From: a virus | Lineage: Duplodnaviria; Caudoviricetes | IMG/VR virus record: IMGVR_UViG_2936345690_000002 | Length of the DNA: 64,000 nucleotides | Direction: 5' to 3' (one strand) | Part shown: in pieces, positions 56,389 through 64,000 of the stretch | Position numbering within the stretch: position 1 is the first letter of the stretch | How the letters are laid out: every line of letters starts with the position of its first letter | Position numbers and translations under genes: made by a program | The notes under the pieces: model-generated | What the model saw: the letters and a program-made list of their open reading frames with translations, nothing else | Told to the model about the DNA's origin: nothing | Database searches by the model: none

Positions 56389-57876
56389 GTGAGCCAAACC
56401 GACATCCTGGTCTACGCCGGCTGCGCCAGCCTAATCGTGACCGGCCTCATCATCCGCATTGGGGAGCGCCGCAAACAGAAGCAACTACCGGCCAGGGCGT
56501 CCCCGTCAGGCCCGGAAGGCTTCACCATCTGCGGCATCCACCTCGGCTGGCCGGACTCCGGCATCGTGGTCACCGGCTCCAGCGGCTACGGCAAGACGTT
56601 TTTCGCCCGGTCCATCGAAGCGCAGGCGATCAACCAGTGGCTTCCCTGCCTCTTTGCCTGCCCAAAACCTACAGACGCCAACGAGGTTGATGAGCTATGT
56701 CGCCAGCTCAACGCGTCAGACCGATTCGTGCGATTGAAGCCCGGATCGCCTTACCGCATCAACCTGCTCAAGTACCTGACCGAGATGCCGGGCGGCTCTT
56801 CGCTGCTGGCCGCGCAGTTCCTGGCGCGGCTGAACGACATCGCCAGCCGGGCGGAAGGGACCGGCAACCACGGCGAAGCGTTCTGGATGACGATGTTCGA
56901 GACCGCGCTGGTCAACGCCATCGAGCTGTGCATCCTGGCCACCGGCGAAGCCAGCATGGAGCTGGTGAAGGATGCGCTGATCAGCAGCCCCGGCACCCCG
57001 GAAGACGCGCTGCCGGCCAAGCTGTTCGGCGGCGACCCGGAGAATTTCACTATCTGCGCCAAGATGATCCTGCTGGCGCGGGAAAACCAGACGCCCGAAA
57101 ACCAGAGGAGGGTCAAGCGCGCCACCGAATTCTTCCTCAACGAATTCTCATCCCTTGGCTACAAAGCCCGCGGCGCCATCATCTCGATGGTGAACGCGAT
57201 CCTGGGCAGGTTCCTGCTGGAGCCGTTTTACTCGGCGCTCTGCGAGGAATCGACGCTCACGCCCGAAATGATCGAAGCGGGCAGACTCGTTGTCGCGCTC
57301 GATTACGATCTGCTCACCTACGAAACGCCCGGCCGAATGTTCCAGCTCGCCTGGATCATGCTCTACCAGGGCTACTGCCTGCGAAGGCCTGCGGCGAACG
57401 CGCCGCGCAGTCTCATCGTCAGGGACGAATACGCGTATTTCAGCCACCCGGGCTACGACGCAATCGTGGCCGCGGTGTCGCGATCGCAACGCGCGCTACA
57501 CCTGGACCTTTTCCAGGATTTCGACCTCATGGAGCAAACCTACGGGGGAGGCCCCAAGGCCAAGAACGAGGCGCTCAGCTCCTGGTCGAACCACGGCGTC
57601 AAGCTGATGTTTCACCAGAACAACCCGGATTCGGCGGAAGTCCAGAGCCGCCTGACCGGCGACGTCAAGGAGATCATGCTGTCCGGCGGCTCCAACGGCC
57701 GTGCCAACCGCGAATCCGGCGATTTGCGCGACGGCTGGCTGGGCGTGAACCAGTCGATGCACTGGTCAGAGCAATACGCCCGCGCAATTCGCCCCGAGTT
57801 CTATTCAACGCTTCCGGTCGGTGTAGCCGTGCTCCACGCCCACGGCGAATTCCAGGTTCTCGACATGAGGGAGTGA
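56389..57876 (+). CDS. Type IV coupling protein-like ATPase (TraD/VirD4-like)
   Basis: N-terminal TM, VTGSSGYGKT, IVRDEY, SRSQ...FQD, FHQN. Confidence 0.75.
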   Translation: MSQTDILVYAGCASLIVTGLIIRIGERRKQKQLPARASPSGPEGFTICGIHLGWPDSGIVVTGSSGYGKTFFARSIEAQAINQWLPCLFACPKPTDANEVDELCRQLNASDRFVRLKPGSPYRINLLKYLTEMPGGSSLLAAQFLARLNDIASRAEGTGNHGEAFWMTMFETALVNAIELCILATGEASMELVKDALISSPGTPEDALPAKLFGGDPENFTICAKMILLARENQTPENQRRVKRATEFFLNEFSSLGYKARGAIISMVNAILGRFLLEPFYSALCEESTLTPEMIEAGRLVVALDYDLLTYETPGRMFQLAWIMLYQGYCLRRPAANAPRSLIVRDEYAYFSHPGYDAIVAAVSRSQRALHLDLFQDFDLMEQTYGGGPKAKNEALSSWSNHGVKLMFHQNNPDSAEVQSRLTGDVKEIMLSGGSNGRANRESGDLRDGWLGVNQSMHWSEQYARAIRPEFYSTLPVGVAVLHAHGEFQVLDMRE

Positions 57877-57879
57877 CGC

Positions 57880-58446
57880 ATGCCGCAGCAAGAGCAACAA
57901 CAATCGAACGACCCCTTCCACGGCATCCGGCAGACCGGCAACTTCATCCTCTTCGCCGTCGGCCTGCTGGCCGGGCCGTATCGGCTCCTGTTCTACCGGC
58001 CGGGCAGCATGGGGCCGCGATCCATCGGCTTCCACACCATCGTCGGCGTCATGATCGGCTATCCGCTGGTCGTGCAGCTGACCGGGCCGCCGATGACGCA
58101 GGAAGGGTTCCAGGCGTTCGCCTGGGGAAACATGGCGCTCTACGGGCTGCTGGCGCTGCACTTCCTGGCGGCGATGACCAGCAAGGAGCGGCGCCACAGC
58201 GAGGAATGCGGCCAACCGCTGGCCAAGGACGACACGAAGGAATTCCTGCTGGCCGGCGTGGCAGGGCTCTGCCTGCTGCCGCTCTGCCAGGGCATGGCCT
58301 GTTTCGTCGGGCTGGGGTGGCTGGCCAGCAAGATCCAGCTCGGCCTCTTCAAGGCGAAGGTCGATCGCGAGGCGCAGGCCGCCTACGACAGCATGCTGCA
58401 GGCCCAGATGCAGCAACGTGCGATGGAACGACTGCGGAGGTGGTGA
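57880..58446 (+). CDS. Multi-pass membrane protein
   Basis: Several hydrophobic segments. Confidence 0.65.
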   Translation: MPQQEQQQSNDPFHGIRQTGNFILFAVGLLAGPYRLLFYRPGSMGPRSIGFHTIVGVMIGYPLVVQLTGPPMTQEGFQAFAWGNMALYGLLALHFLAAMTSKERRHSEECGQPLAKDDTKEFLLAGVAGLCLLPLCQGMACFVGLGWLASKIQLGLFKAKVDREAQAAYDSMLQAQMQQRAMERLRRW

Positions 58447-58539
58447 ATCCGGGGCCGCCACGGATGGCGGCCACGTCACTTTCCGGCATCCAGGCGGGCG
58501 AGGTAACCGAACACTACCACAACGGGGGAGCAAATCAGC

Positions 58540-59064
58540 ATGCCAGATCACAAACCGTCCGCGTCCGACCGGCTTACCGAAGCCTTCCGCAATGTCCAGG
58601 AGAAGCTCGCCCAGAAAAACCAGGAGCTCAAGGACAATACGCCGCCCCTTCCCAGCGGCCTGAAGGACCTGAAGGCCGCAGCCGTCAAGGGCATGTACGA
58701 ACTTGGCGGGCTGTGGACGGGCGACGCCTATCGCGGCGATCTGGGCCTGCTCACCAGCGGTGCCACGCCAAACCAAGGGCCTCAGCCGGACGGGCCGCAG
58801 CACGGCGTGCACGGCCCGACGGATCAACACGCGCCGGAGCCTTCGCCGGAGCAGCAGGCCGAGCACGTGATCGAATTCCAGCAGGCCAAGGCGACGCTCG
58901 GCAAGCAACGCCAGATCGACAAGGCCATCTCCGACATGACGCCGGAGCAGAAATCCATGGCCGGGAAATTCATCGGCACCACCGACCCGCTGAAGACCGC
59001 GCAGCAGCGCGGACAGGAGTTCGCGGAGAAGAGCCAGGACAAGGGGCAGTATCGCAGCTTCTAG
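58540..59064 (+). CDS. Hypothetical protein
   Basis: GGAG RBS. Confidence 0.6.
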   Translation: MPDHKPSASDRLTEAFRNVQEKLAQKNQELKDNTPPLPSGLKDLKAAAVKGMYELGGLWTGDAYRGDLGLLTSGATPNQGPQPDGPQHGVHGPTDQHAPEPSPEQQAEHVIEFQQAKATLGKQRQIDKAISDMTPEQKSMAGKFIGTTDPLKTAQQRGQEFAEKSQDKGQYRSF

Positions 59065-59132
59065 CTCAGCCGAGGATTCACGCGCCACGGATGGCGTCAC
59101 CCTCCCCGCTTCGCACCAATGAGGAACAGGCC

Positions 59133-60164
59133 ATGCGTCGGATGATCCGCTGCTTGACGAACAACTGGCACATCTGCTTCAGCGTCCTCGCCGCGTCCTG
59201 CGGCCTGGGGTTCGTGTGGGTTGTCCAGCCCACCGACTGGATGAAATCGGTCCAGGCCAAGGCGGAACCGGCCTGGCATTCCGCATCGGGCTTACTCTCC
59301 GGCCGTACGGCACGGGTGGACGATGCGCTCGCCCAGGCGGAACGCGAGAGCGCCGCCGCACTCGAGGCACGCATTCGGGATCTGGAGGGCTATCTGGAGA
59401 GCCGGAAATCCGGTGGCAAGGCCTTCGCCGAAGATATTCTGAGCCTCCAGGCCAAGGCGCGATACGCAGGTATCGTCGTGGAGGAAGTGATCGGCGAATT
59501 CGCTTCGCTGTTCGATACCGGGCCGAAGGAATATCAGATTCCGCGCGATCCGATCGGCGAGGACGTTGACGCGGCGTTCGATCGGCATGTACTCAGCGAG
59601 GACGAGCTGAGCGAGGCGATCCAGGTGGCGGCGGCCGGTTACATCGACGATCTGCGTTCCATCGAAGCGCGTGCCCGCGTGGCTGCCCGCGCCCCGGCGG
59701 AGCAGATTACCGGCGGTATCTCGGCCGAGGATCTTCCTTCCGGGTCATACGACCGTTACAGCGCGGTGACCGCAACCGCCCGCATCGCCGAGTTCGACTT
59801 CGTGCTGTCGCCGGTGCTGTTCGTGGCGGGCAACAAGCTCGGAGATCTGGCTGCCAGCCCGATCGATTCGGCCATCGCCGGGCAGCGATGGACTCCGGGC
59901 CAGAAGCGCGCCGCCAGCATCGGCGCGAATATCGGCTCCGACTACGCGGTTGGCAAGGGGATCGATGCCGCCCTGCACGGCGCCGGGTATACGCCCGAGC
60001 AAGACATCGAACGCAGCGTCCATGCCGCGCTGGATGCCATCCGAGCTTCCGTCATCGACGGCGATGCCGCTGGCGGCGAGTCGGGCCTGCGCGGGCGGCT
60101 GCGGAAGCTCCACGACGAGCGCGTGCGGTGGCGGGCGGAAGCGTTCGCCCGGCTGGCGCGCTGA
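59133..60164 (+). CDS. Membrane-anchored hypothetical protein
   Basis: GAGG RBS; N-terminal TM; the real part of the 1155-aa ORF-track call. Confidence 0.6.
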   Translation: MRRMIRCLTNNWHICFSVLAASCGLGFVWVVQPTDWMKSVQAKAEPAWHSASGLLSGRTARVDDALAQAERESAAALEARIRDLEGYLESRKSGGKAFAEDILSLQAKARYAGIVVEEVIGEFASLFDTGPKEYQIPRDPIGEDVDAAFDRHVLSEDELSEAIQVAAAGYIDDLRSIEARARVAARAPAEQITGGISAEDLPSGSYDRYSAVTATARIAEFDFVLSPVLFVAGNKLGDLAASPIDSAIAGQRWTPGQKRAASIGANIGSDYAVGKGIDAALHGAGYTPEQDIERSVHAALDAIRASVIDGDAAGGESGLRGRLRKLHDERVRWRAEAFARLAR

Positions 60165-60204
60165 CACAAAGCCCATCCCGTTCACCATCCGAGGAGATAT
60201 TCCC

Positions 60205-60813
60205 ATGAAACGCAGCGCGATGATCCTGTTCGTCTTGGCCACGCTCGCCACCGCCGCGCCGGCCAGGGCAGATTTCTGGGGCAAGCTGGTCAAGGAGAGC
60301 GGCGAGTTCATCTCGAACAAGCTCGGACGCAGCGCGGACGACGCGGCACGGTTCGCCGCACGGCACGGCGATGACGCCGCACGTGGATTCAGCCGCAACG
60401 CCGACGATATCGCAGGTGTGGCCGGCGGAACAGCGAGCCACCTGAGCGCCCGCAGCGTGCGACGCCTGGAGGCGCTCCGCACTTCCGGCCATCCCGGAGC
60501 GTCTGGCCTGGCGGGCGTGGTGGAAGCCTATGGCGATCCGGCGATGGATTTCATCTACCGCCACCGCGGCACGCTGGCCGGAACGGCCGCCCTGACGGCG
60601 TTCCTGGCCAATCCGGAACCCTACCTCAACGGCGTGGAGACGCTCGCCGCGCCGCCCCTTACCCGCCTGAGCGACGGCGTGGTGTCGGTGTTCGATTCGC
60701 TCGGCTGGGTGCTGATCATCCTGTCGTTCGGCGGTGCCGCCGCCGTGTTCCACCACTACAAGCAGAAGCTCCGCGAGGGGCAGACAACGGAGAAGGAAGG
60801 GGTGCATCCGTGA
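60205..60813 (+). CDS. Secreted/membrane protein
   Basis: Signal peptide (ARA), ADDAA repeats, C-terminal TM. Confidence 0.65.
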   Translation: MKRSAMILFVLATLATAAPARADFWGKLVKESGEFISNKLGRSADDAARFAARHGDDAARGFSRNADDIAGVAGGTASHLSARSVRRLEALRTSGHPGASGLAGVVEAYGDPAMDFIYRHRGTLAGTAALTAFLANPEPYLNGVETLAAPPLTRLSDGVVSVFDSLGWVLIILSFGGAAAVFHHYKQKLREGQTTEKEGVHP

Positions 60814-60940
60814 TCGAGGCAGCCATCGCCCTGGTGTTGTTCCTGGTGTTCGGCCGGTTCATCCTCGGCCAGGCCGGGCCGGCGAAGCAACGCATGCTCG
60901 AGTCGCGCTGGGAATTCGGCCGGCGCAACGGGGGAGGGTC

Positions 60941-61491
60941 GTGAACGAAGAGCGATACGCTCACGCGGTCGCGGCTGCCGCGCTCATTCTCAACACCATC
61001 AGCAGCTCGCCGGGCGCCACCACGCCCGAGCTGATGGGCATCATCGTCTGCATCGTCGAGGAGGCGATCAAAACTTATGAACGCAAGCGAAGTTTCTCAG
61101 CGGAGCCCTCCGTCAACTGAACGGGCGGAGCTGGTGGCGCGATTCGTCGCCGGCAAGCCGCCGCACATCGTCAACCGCGCGCTTTCGCACCGGCTCAGCA
61201 GCCGGTGCCTGGAGCTGGTGCGAGAGGCAATCCAGCCGGAGCTCCATTCCACGCTGCACGAAGCGTTCTACGAGCTGATCTTCGAAGGATTGGAGGAGGT
61301 GCGAAATGCTGGTCAACATCAACCAGCCGACCAGCCCGGAGATTCATAACCTGAGCATTCGGCTGGCGCGCGAGTGTCGCTACGTGGTGCAGGGATGCCT
61401 GAGGGAAGAGGAGTGGTCACTTTGCGACCAGGAATTTTACCGCGTTATCCGCTCCGGCCTGGAGGAGTTGGCGAGGAAGGAGAAGCCATGA
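60941..61491 (+). CDS. Cluster of three small overlapping ORFs (60941-61120, 61077-61349, 61306-61491)
   Basis: RBSs present; the last two appear paralogous. Confidence 0.5.
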
Positions 61492-62024
61492 ACGTGTCCG
61501 TGCCGGAGCGCGACCCATATTTCGCCGAAGTGTCCCACCTGCTGCTCCCGCTGCTGATCGACTACTACTGCGCGGCGGAGGAGCTGTTCAATGCCGACGG
61601 CGTGTTTCAGCCCGCTGCGAGAGATCATTTCTTCGAGGTCAGGAAGGCGGTGGATCGCGTTACCGCCAACAGATCCCTGCCTTCCTACCCCGAACGCATC
61701 GACTTGCAGTGCAAGCGCATCGGCAATGACGTGCTCGACGCCTTCCGCCAGGCGATTGCTTCCTCAGATAACTACTTCGAGATGCTGAGCCGCATGGAAT
61801 CGGCGGGGCGTAATGCCGCGTTCGTCACCCTGATGGAGATGGACGCGGCACACCACGACATCGCCCGCCAGCAGGCCGAAGAGGCAAGGCCCGCTCGCCG
61901 GTTCCGATGGCTCAACCTTTTTCGATGGAGGCGCAACCGTGAAGACGCTCATCCCCAGCCTGATCGTCGCCCTGGCGTGCCTGCCGTTCGGGTGCTCGCC
62001 AACGGCGGAACAGCCCAGGACTGA
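61488..62024 (+). CDS. Hypothetical protein
   Basis: AAGGAG RBS; ATGA overlap. Confidence 0.55.
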   Translation: MNVSVPERDPYFAEVSHLLLPLLIDYYCAAEELFNADGVFQPAARDHFFEVRKAVDRVTANRSLPSYPERIDLQCKRIGNDVLDAFRQAIASSDNYFEMLSRMESAGRNAAFVTLMEMDAAHHDIARQQAEEARPARRFRWLNLFRWRRNREDAHPQPDRRPGVPAVRVLANGGTAQD

Positions 62025-62157
62025 ACCCAAGGCGGAACCGACCGCTCCGGCCACTGAATTCAAACTGCCACCGCTGCCTCCGCCGCAAGTTCCGCAGGCG
62101 GTGCCGCCCGGCAACCAGGCGCCGTCCCTTCCCCCGCTGCCGAAGGAGCCGTCATGA
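61939..62157 (+). CDS. Pro-rich putative lipoprotein
   Basis: Signal-like N-terminus with FGC; GGAGG RBS. Confidence 0.5.
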   Translation: MKTLIPSLIVALACLPFGCSPTAEQPRTEPKAEPTAPATEFKLPPLPPPQVPQAVPPGNQAPSLPPLPKEPS

Positions 62158-62588
62158 CGGACAAGAAACCTTCTCCACCCGGCCAGCGTGTGGACTGGCG
62201 TGGCGCGGATCTGCGTGGCGTCAGCCTGGCCGGCGTATCGCTCGAAAACGCCGACCTGCGGGCCGCGGATCTGAGCAACGCCAACCTGAGCAGCATCAAC
62301 CTCCGTTATGCCGACCTTCGCGGCGCGACGCTCAATGGCGCCAACCTGCAGAACGCCAATCTCTACGGCGCGAAGATGCAGGGCGTTGAGGCGTTTCAGG
62401 CGGACCTGCGCGGAGCCAACCTCCAGATGGCCAACCTGGGCGGCGCGTACCTGGAAGGCGCCATGATGCCCGCGCCCGCCGCGAAGCTCGGGCTGAAGTC
62501 GCCCGATCCGCTGGAGACCGCCCAACGGAAGGCGAAGGAAGCCTTGGCAGAGAAGGGAAAACCCAAGGGGCTGGAGTTCGGCGGATGA
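62154..62588 (+). CDS. Pentapeptide repeat protein
   Basis: A(D/N)Lxx repeats. Confidence 0.9.
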   Translation: MTDKKPSPPGQRVDWRGADLRGVSLAGVSLENADLRAADLSNANLSSINLRYADLRGATLNGANLQNANLYGAKMQGVEAFQADLRGANLQMANLGGAYLEGAMMPAPAAKLGLKSPDPLETAQRKAKEALAEKGKPKGLEFGG

Positions 62589-62782
62589 AAACACACATTC
62601 GGCACCGCGCCCATCGGCGGGTGAAACACCCCGTCCTCGTCACCGCCGGCATCTGGCTGGCGGTGATCCCCGCCCTCTGCTTCATCGCCGGGACGCTCCG
62701 CCCCATCCCCCTGCTGACGTTTGGGGCGATCAGCGCCATTACCGTCATGATCTGGATGGAAGTCAACGAATGGAGGGGGTGA
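62585..62782 (+). CDS. Small two-TM protein
   Basis: Two hydrophobic helices. Confidence 0.5.
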   Translation: MKTHIRHRAHRRVKHPVLVTAGIWLAVIPALCFIAGTLRPIPLLTFGAISAITVMIWMEVNEWRG

Positions 62783-62786
62783 GCCT

Positions 62787-62969
62787 ATGGACGTAAAGGA
62801 GGCGGCGCGGCGGCTCGAAATCAGCCCGTCGCTCGCCTACAAGCTGGTCCAGGAGGGGCGCTTGCCATGCGTCCGCATCGGCCAGAAGGGCAGGCGCGGC
62901 AAGATCGTGCTCACGGAGGAGCATCTGAAGCAATTCATGAAGGAGCTGGAAGAGGCGCGGGGGCACTAG
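62787..62969 (+). CDS. Excisionase-like HTH protein
   Basis: VKEAARRLEIS...YKLV..GRLP..RIG; convergent with the integrase. Confidence 0.85.
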   Translation: MDVKEAARRLEISPSLAYKLVQEGRLPCVRIGQKGRRGKIVLTEEHLKQFMKELEEARGH

Positions 62970-64000
62970 CCCTCGCGTTTCTCATTTCCGTCCAGCGCCT
63001 CGCGCATCGCTTTGTGGTCGTGGTGGAGATAGGTTTTCATCAACTGCTTCAGGTCGGTGTGCCCGAGCTGGATGGCCACGAGCGCCGGATTGAGGCCCTT
63101 CTCATTGATGGCCGTTGACGCCCATGCGTGGCGGTGCGAGTACATCCGGTCGCCGTAGGTGATGCCAAGCTTGTCGCACAGGCGGCGCATCCGAACCCGG
63201 AGCGCATCGGCCTGCCACGGCTTGCCGAACTTGTTCGAGAAAATGTGCCCCGCCTTGCGGTCGCCGATGACCCGCTTCAGCAGCTCGATCATGGCGGTCG
63301 AGAGGAACACCGGGCGCTCGTCGATGCCGGTCTTCGCCTTCGTCTTGTTGGGCACCATCAGCACGCCCTTGTCGAAGTCGCACTTTTCGATCAGCGCTTC
63401 CCGCGCCTCGATCGGTCTGCACCCGGTTCCGGCGAGGAAGTGGAGCACGTCGCGGAATTCCGGCGCGGCGGCGGCGGCCAGCCGCTCCGCGTCCTCCGGC
63501 GACATGACATCCTCCCGCCTGCGTGCGAGCGGCATCGTCACCTTGCCCTTGATCGGGTTGGCGGCGATCCAGTCCTGCCGGGCGCAGTAATTCAAGCACG
63601 CATTGACCGTGATGATGAACTGCCGCACGGAGTTGGGTGCCCACGGCTTGCCCTTGAGGAAGTCGGTGACGTGGTGGGCGCGGAGCCTGGACACTTTCGG
63701 ATCGCCGGTCGCCCTGGCGAAAGATTCGAGGTAGTCTTTGGCGCGGCGGATGGAGTTGGGGCGGCAATCCTGCAACGATTCCAGATATTTGGACGTGCAG
63801 AAGGAAAGCTTGCGGTCTTCCGGCTCCGCCTGGGCCTGCATCGCGGCGAGGTATTTCTTCTGGATCGCGGGCGGCGGTTCCTTCGGCTTGACCTTGGGGG
63901 GAGAGGTGAAGCGTTCGTCGCGCCCGAGGTTGACCTGCTTGCCGCCGGGAAGCTCGACGAACCAGCTCAGGCGGTCGGATCGGAACCACGGCTTGTTCAT
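62966..64000 (-). CDS. Tyrosine recombinase/integrase
   Basis: TGCRP.E, K, YSHRH, LGH, Y catalytic residues; KPWFR..R.SW N-terminus. Confidence 0.9.
   Translation of the reverse strand: MNKPWFRSDRLSWFVELPGGKQVNLGRDERFTSPPKVKPKEPPPAIQKKYLAAMQAQAEPEDRKLSFCTSKYLESLQDCRPNSIRRAKDYLESFARATGDPKVSRLRAHHVTDFLKGKPWAPNSVRQFIITVNACLNYCARQDWIAANPIKGKVTMPLARRREDVMSPEDAERLAAAAAPEFRDVLHFLAGTGCRPIEAREALIEKCDFDKGVLMVPNKTKAKTGIDERPVFLSTAMIELLKRVIGDRKAGHIFSNKFGKPWQADALRVRMRRLCDKLGITYGDRMYSHRHAWASTAINEKGLNPALVAIQLGHTDLKQLMKTYLHHDHKAMREALDGNEKREG

Larger units (their letters stand above)
1..64000. mobile_element. Prophage / integrative mobilisable element hybrid (incomplete at left; integrase at right edge)
   Basis: Phage head/neck, replication and recombination genes are contiguous with relaxase, coupling-like ATPase, ParB, excisionase and integrase. 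No host core genes. att sites not identified. Confidence 0.8.

Noticed and set aside
56697-60164. 1155-aa ORF
   Set aside because: It is a GC-rich shadow frame over three better genes; only 59133-60164 looks real.
1-64000. tRNA/rRNA genes and att sites
   Set aside because: None recognised by eye. att probably lies beyond the integrase start at the window edge.

Overview
The whole window looks like one integrated or episomal mobile element that combines a tailed-phage genome with an integrative, mobilisable (ICE/IME-like) element. No host housekeeping genes are visible. Positions 1-14.6 kb (minus strand) hold an HK97-type head and neck operon: terminases, portal, gpF-like minor head, protease, major capsid, connector, closure, extra fibre-like genes, gp10 and tail terminator. 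Positions 14.7-30.5 kb hold a late promoter/terminator unit, a replication initiator with iterons, and a divergent switch with a small ribbon-helix-helix protein and no recognisable CI/Cro. They also hold a RecD/Dda helicase-YqaJ recombination module, a GapR-like fusion, an AAA ATPase, GIY-YIG and HNH nucleases, a lytic transglycosylase and a J-domain protein. At 30.5-32.3 kb a MOBF-type nic-like sequence precedes a TrwC-family relaxase whose helicase motifs have decayed. From 32.9 to 54.8 kb there is a plasmid leading-region-like array (large ParB-like protein, methyltransferase, DUF932, structured ssDNA-like intergenic elements, repeated gene junctions) interleaved with phage-type small genes. 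Cargo in this stretch includes a kinase-dCTP deaminase (AvcD-like), an LCIB-like carbonic anhydrase, a TIGR02996 protein and a beta-clamp-like gene split by an IS with clear inverted repeats and a 7-bp target duplication. From 55 to 64 kb come ParB with parS-like repeats, a coupling-protein-like ATPase, membrane proteins, a pentapeptide protein, an excisionase and a tyrosine integrase. The main candidate novelty is a phage-IME hybrid with both virion packaging and relaxase/oriT mobilisation but no visible VirB4. All family calls come from motif recognition by eye; no searches were run.
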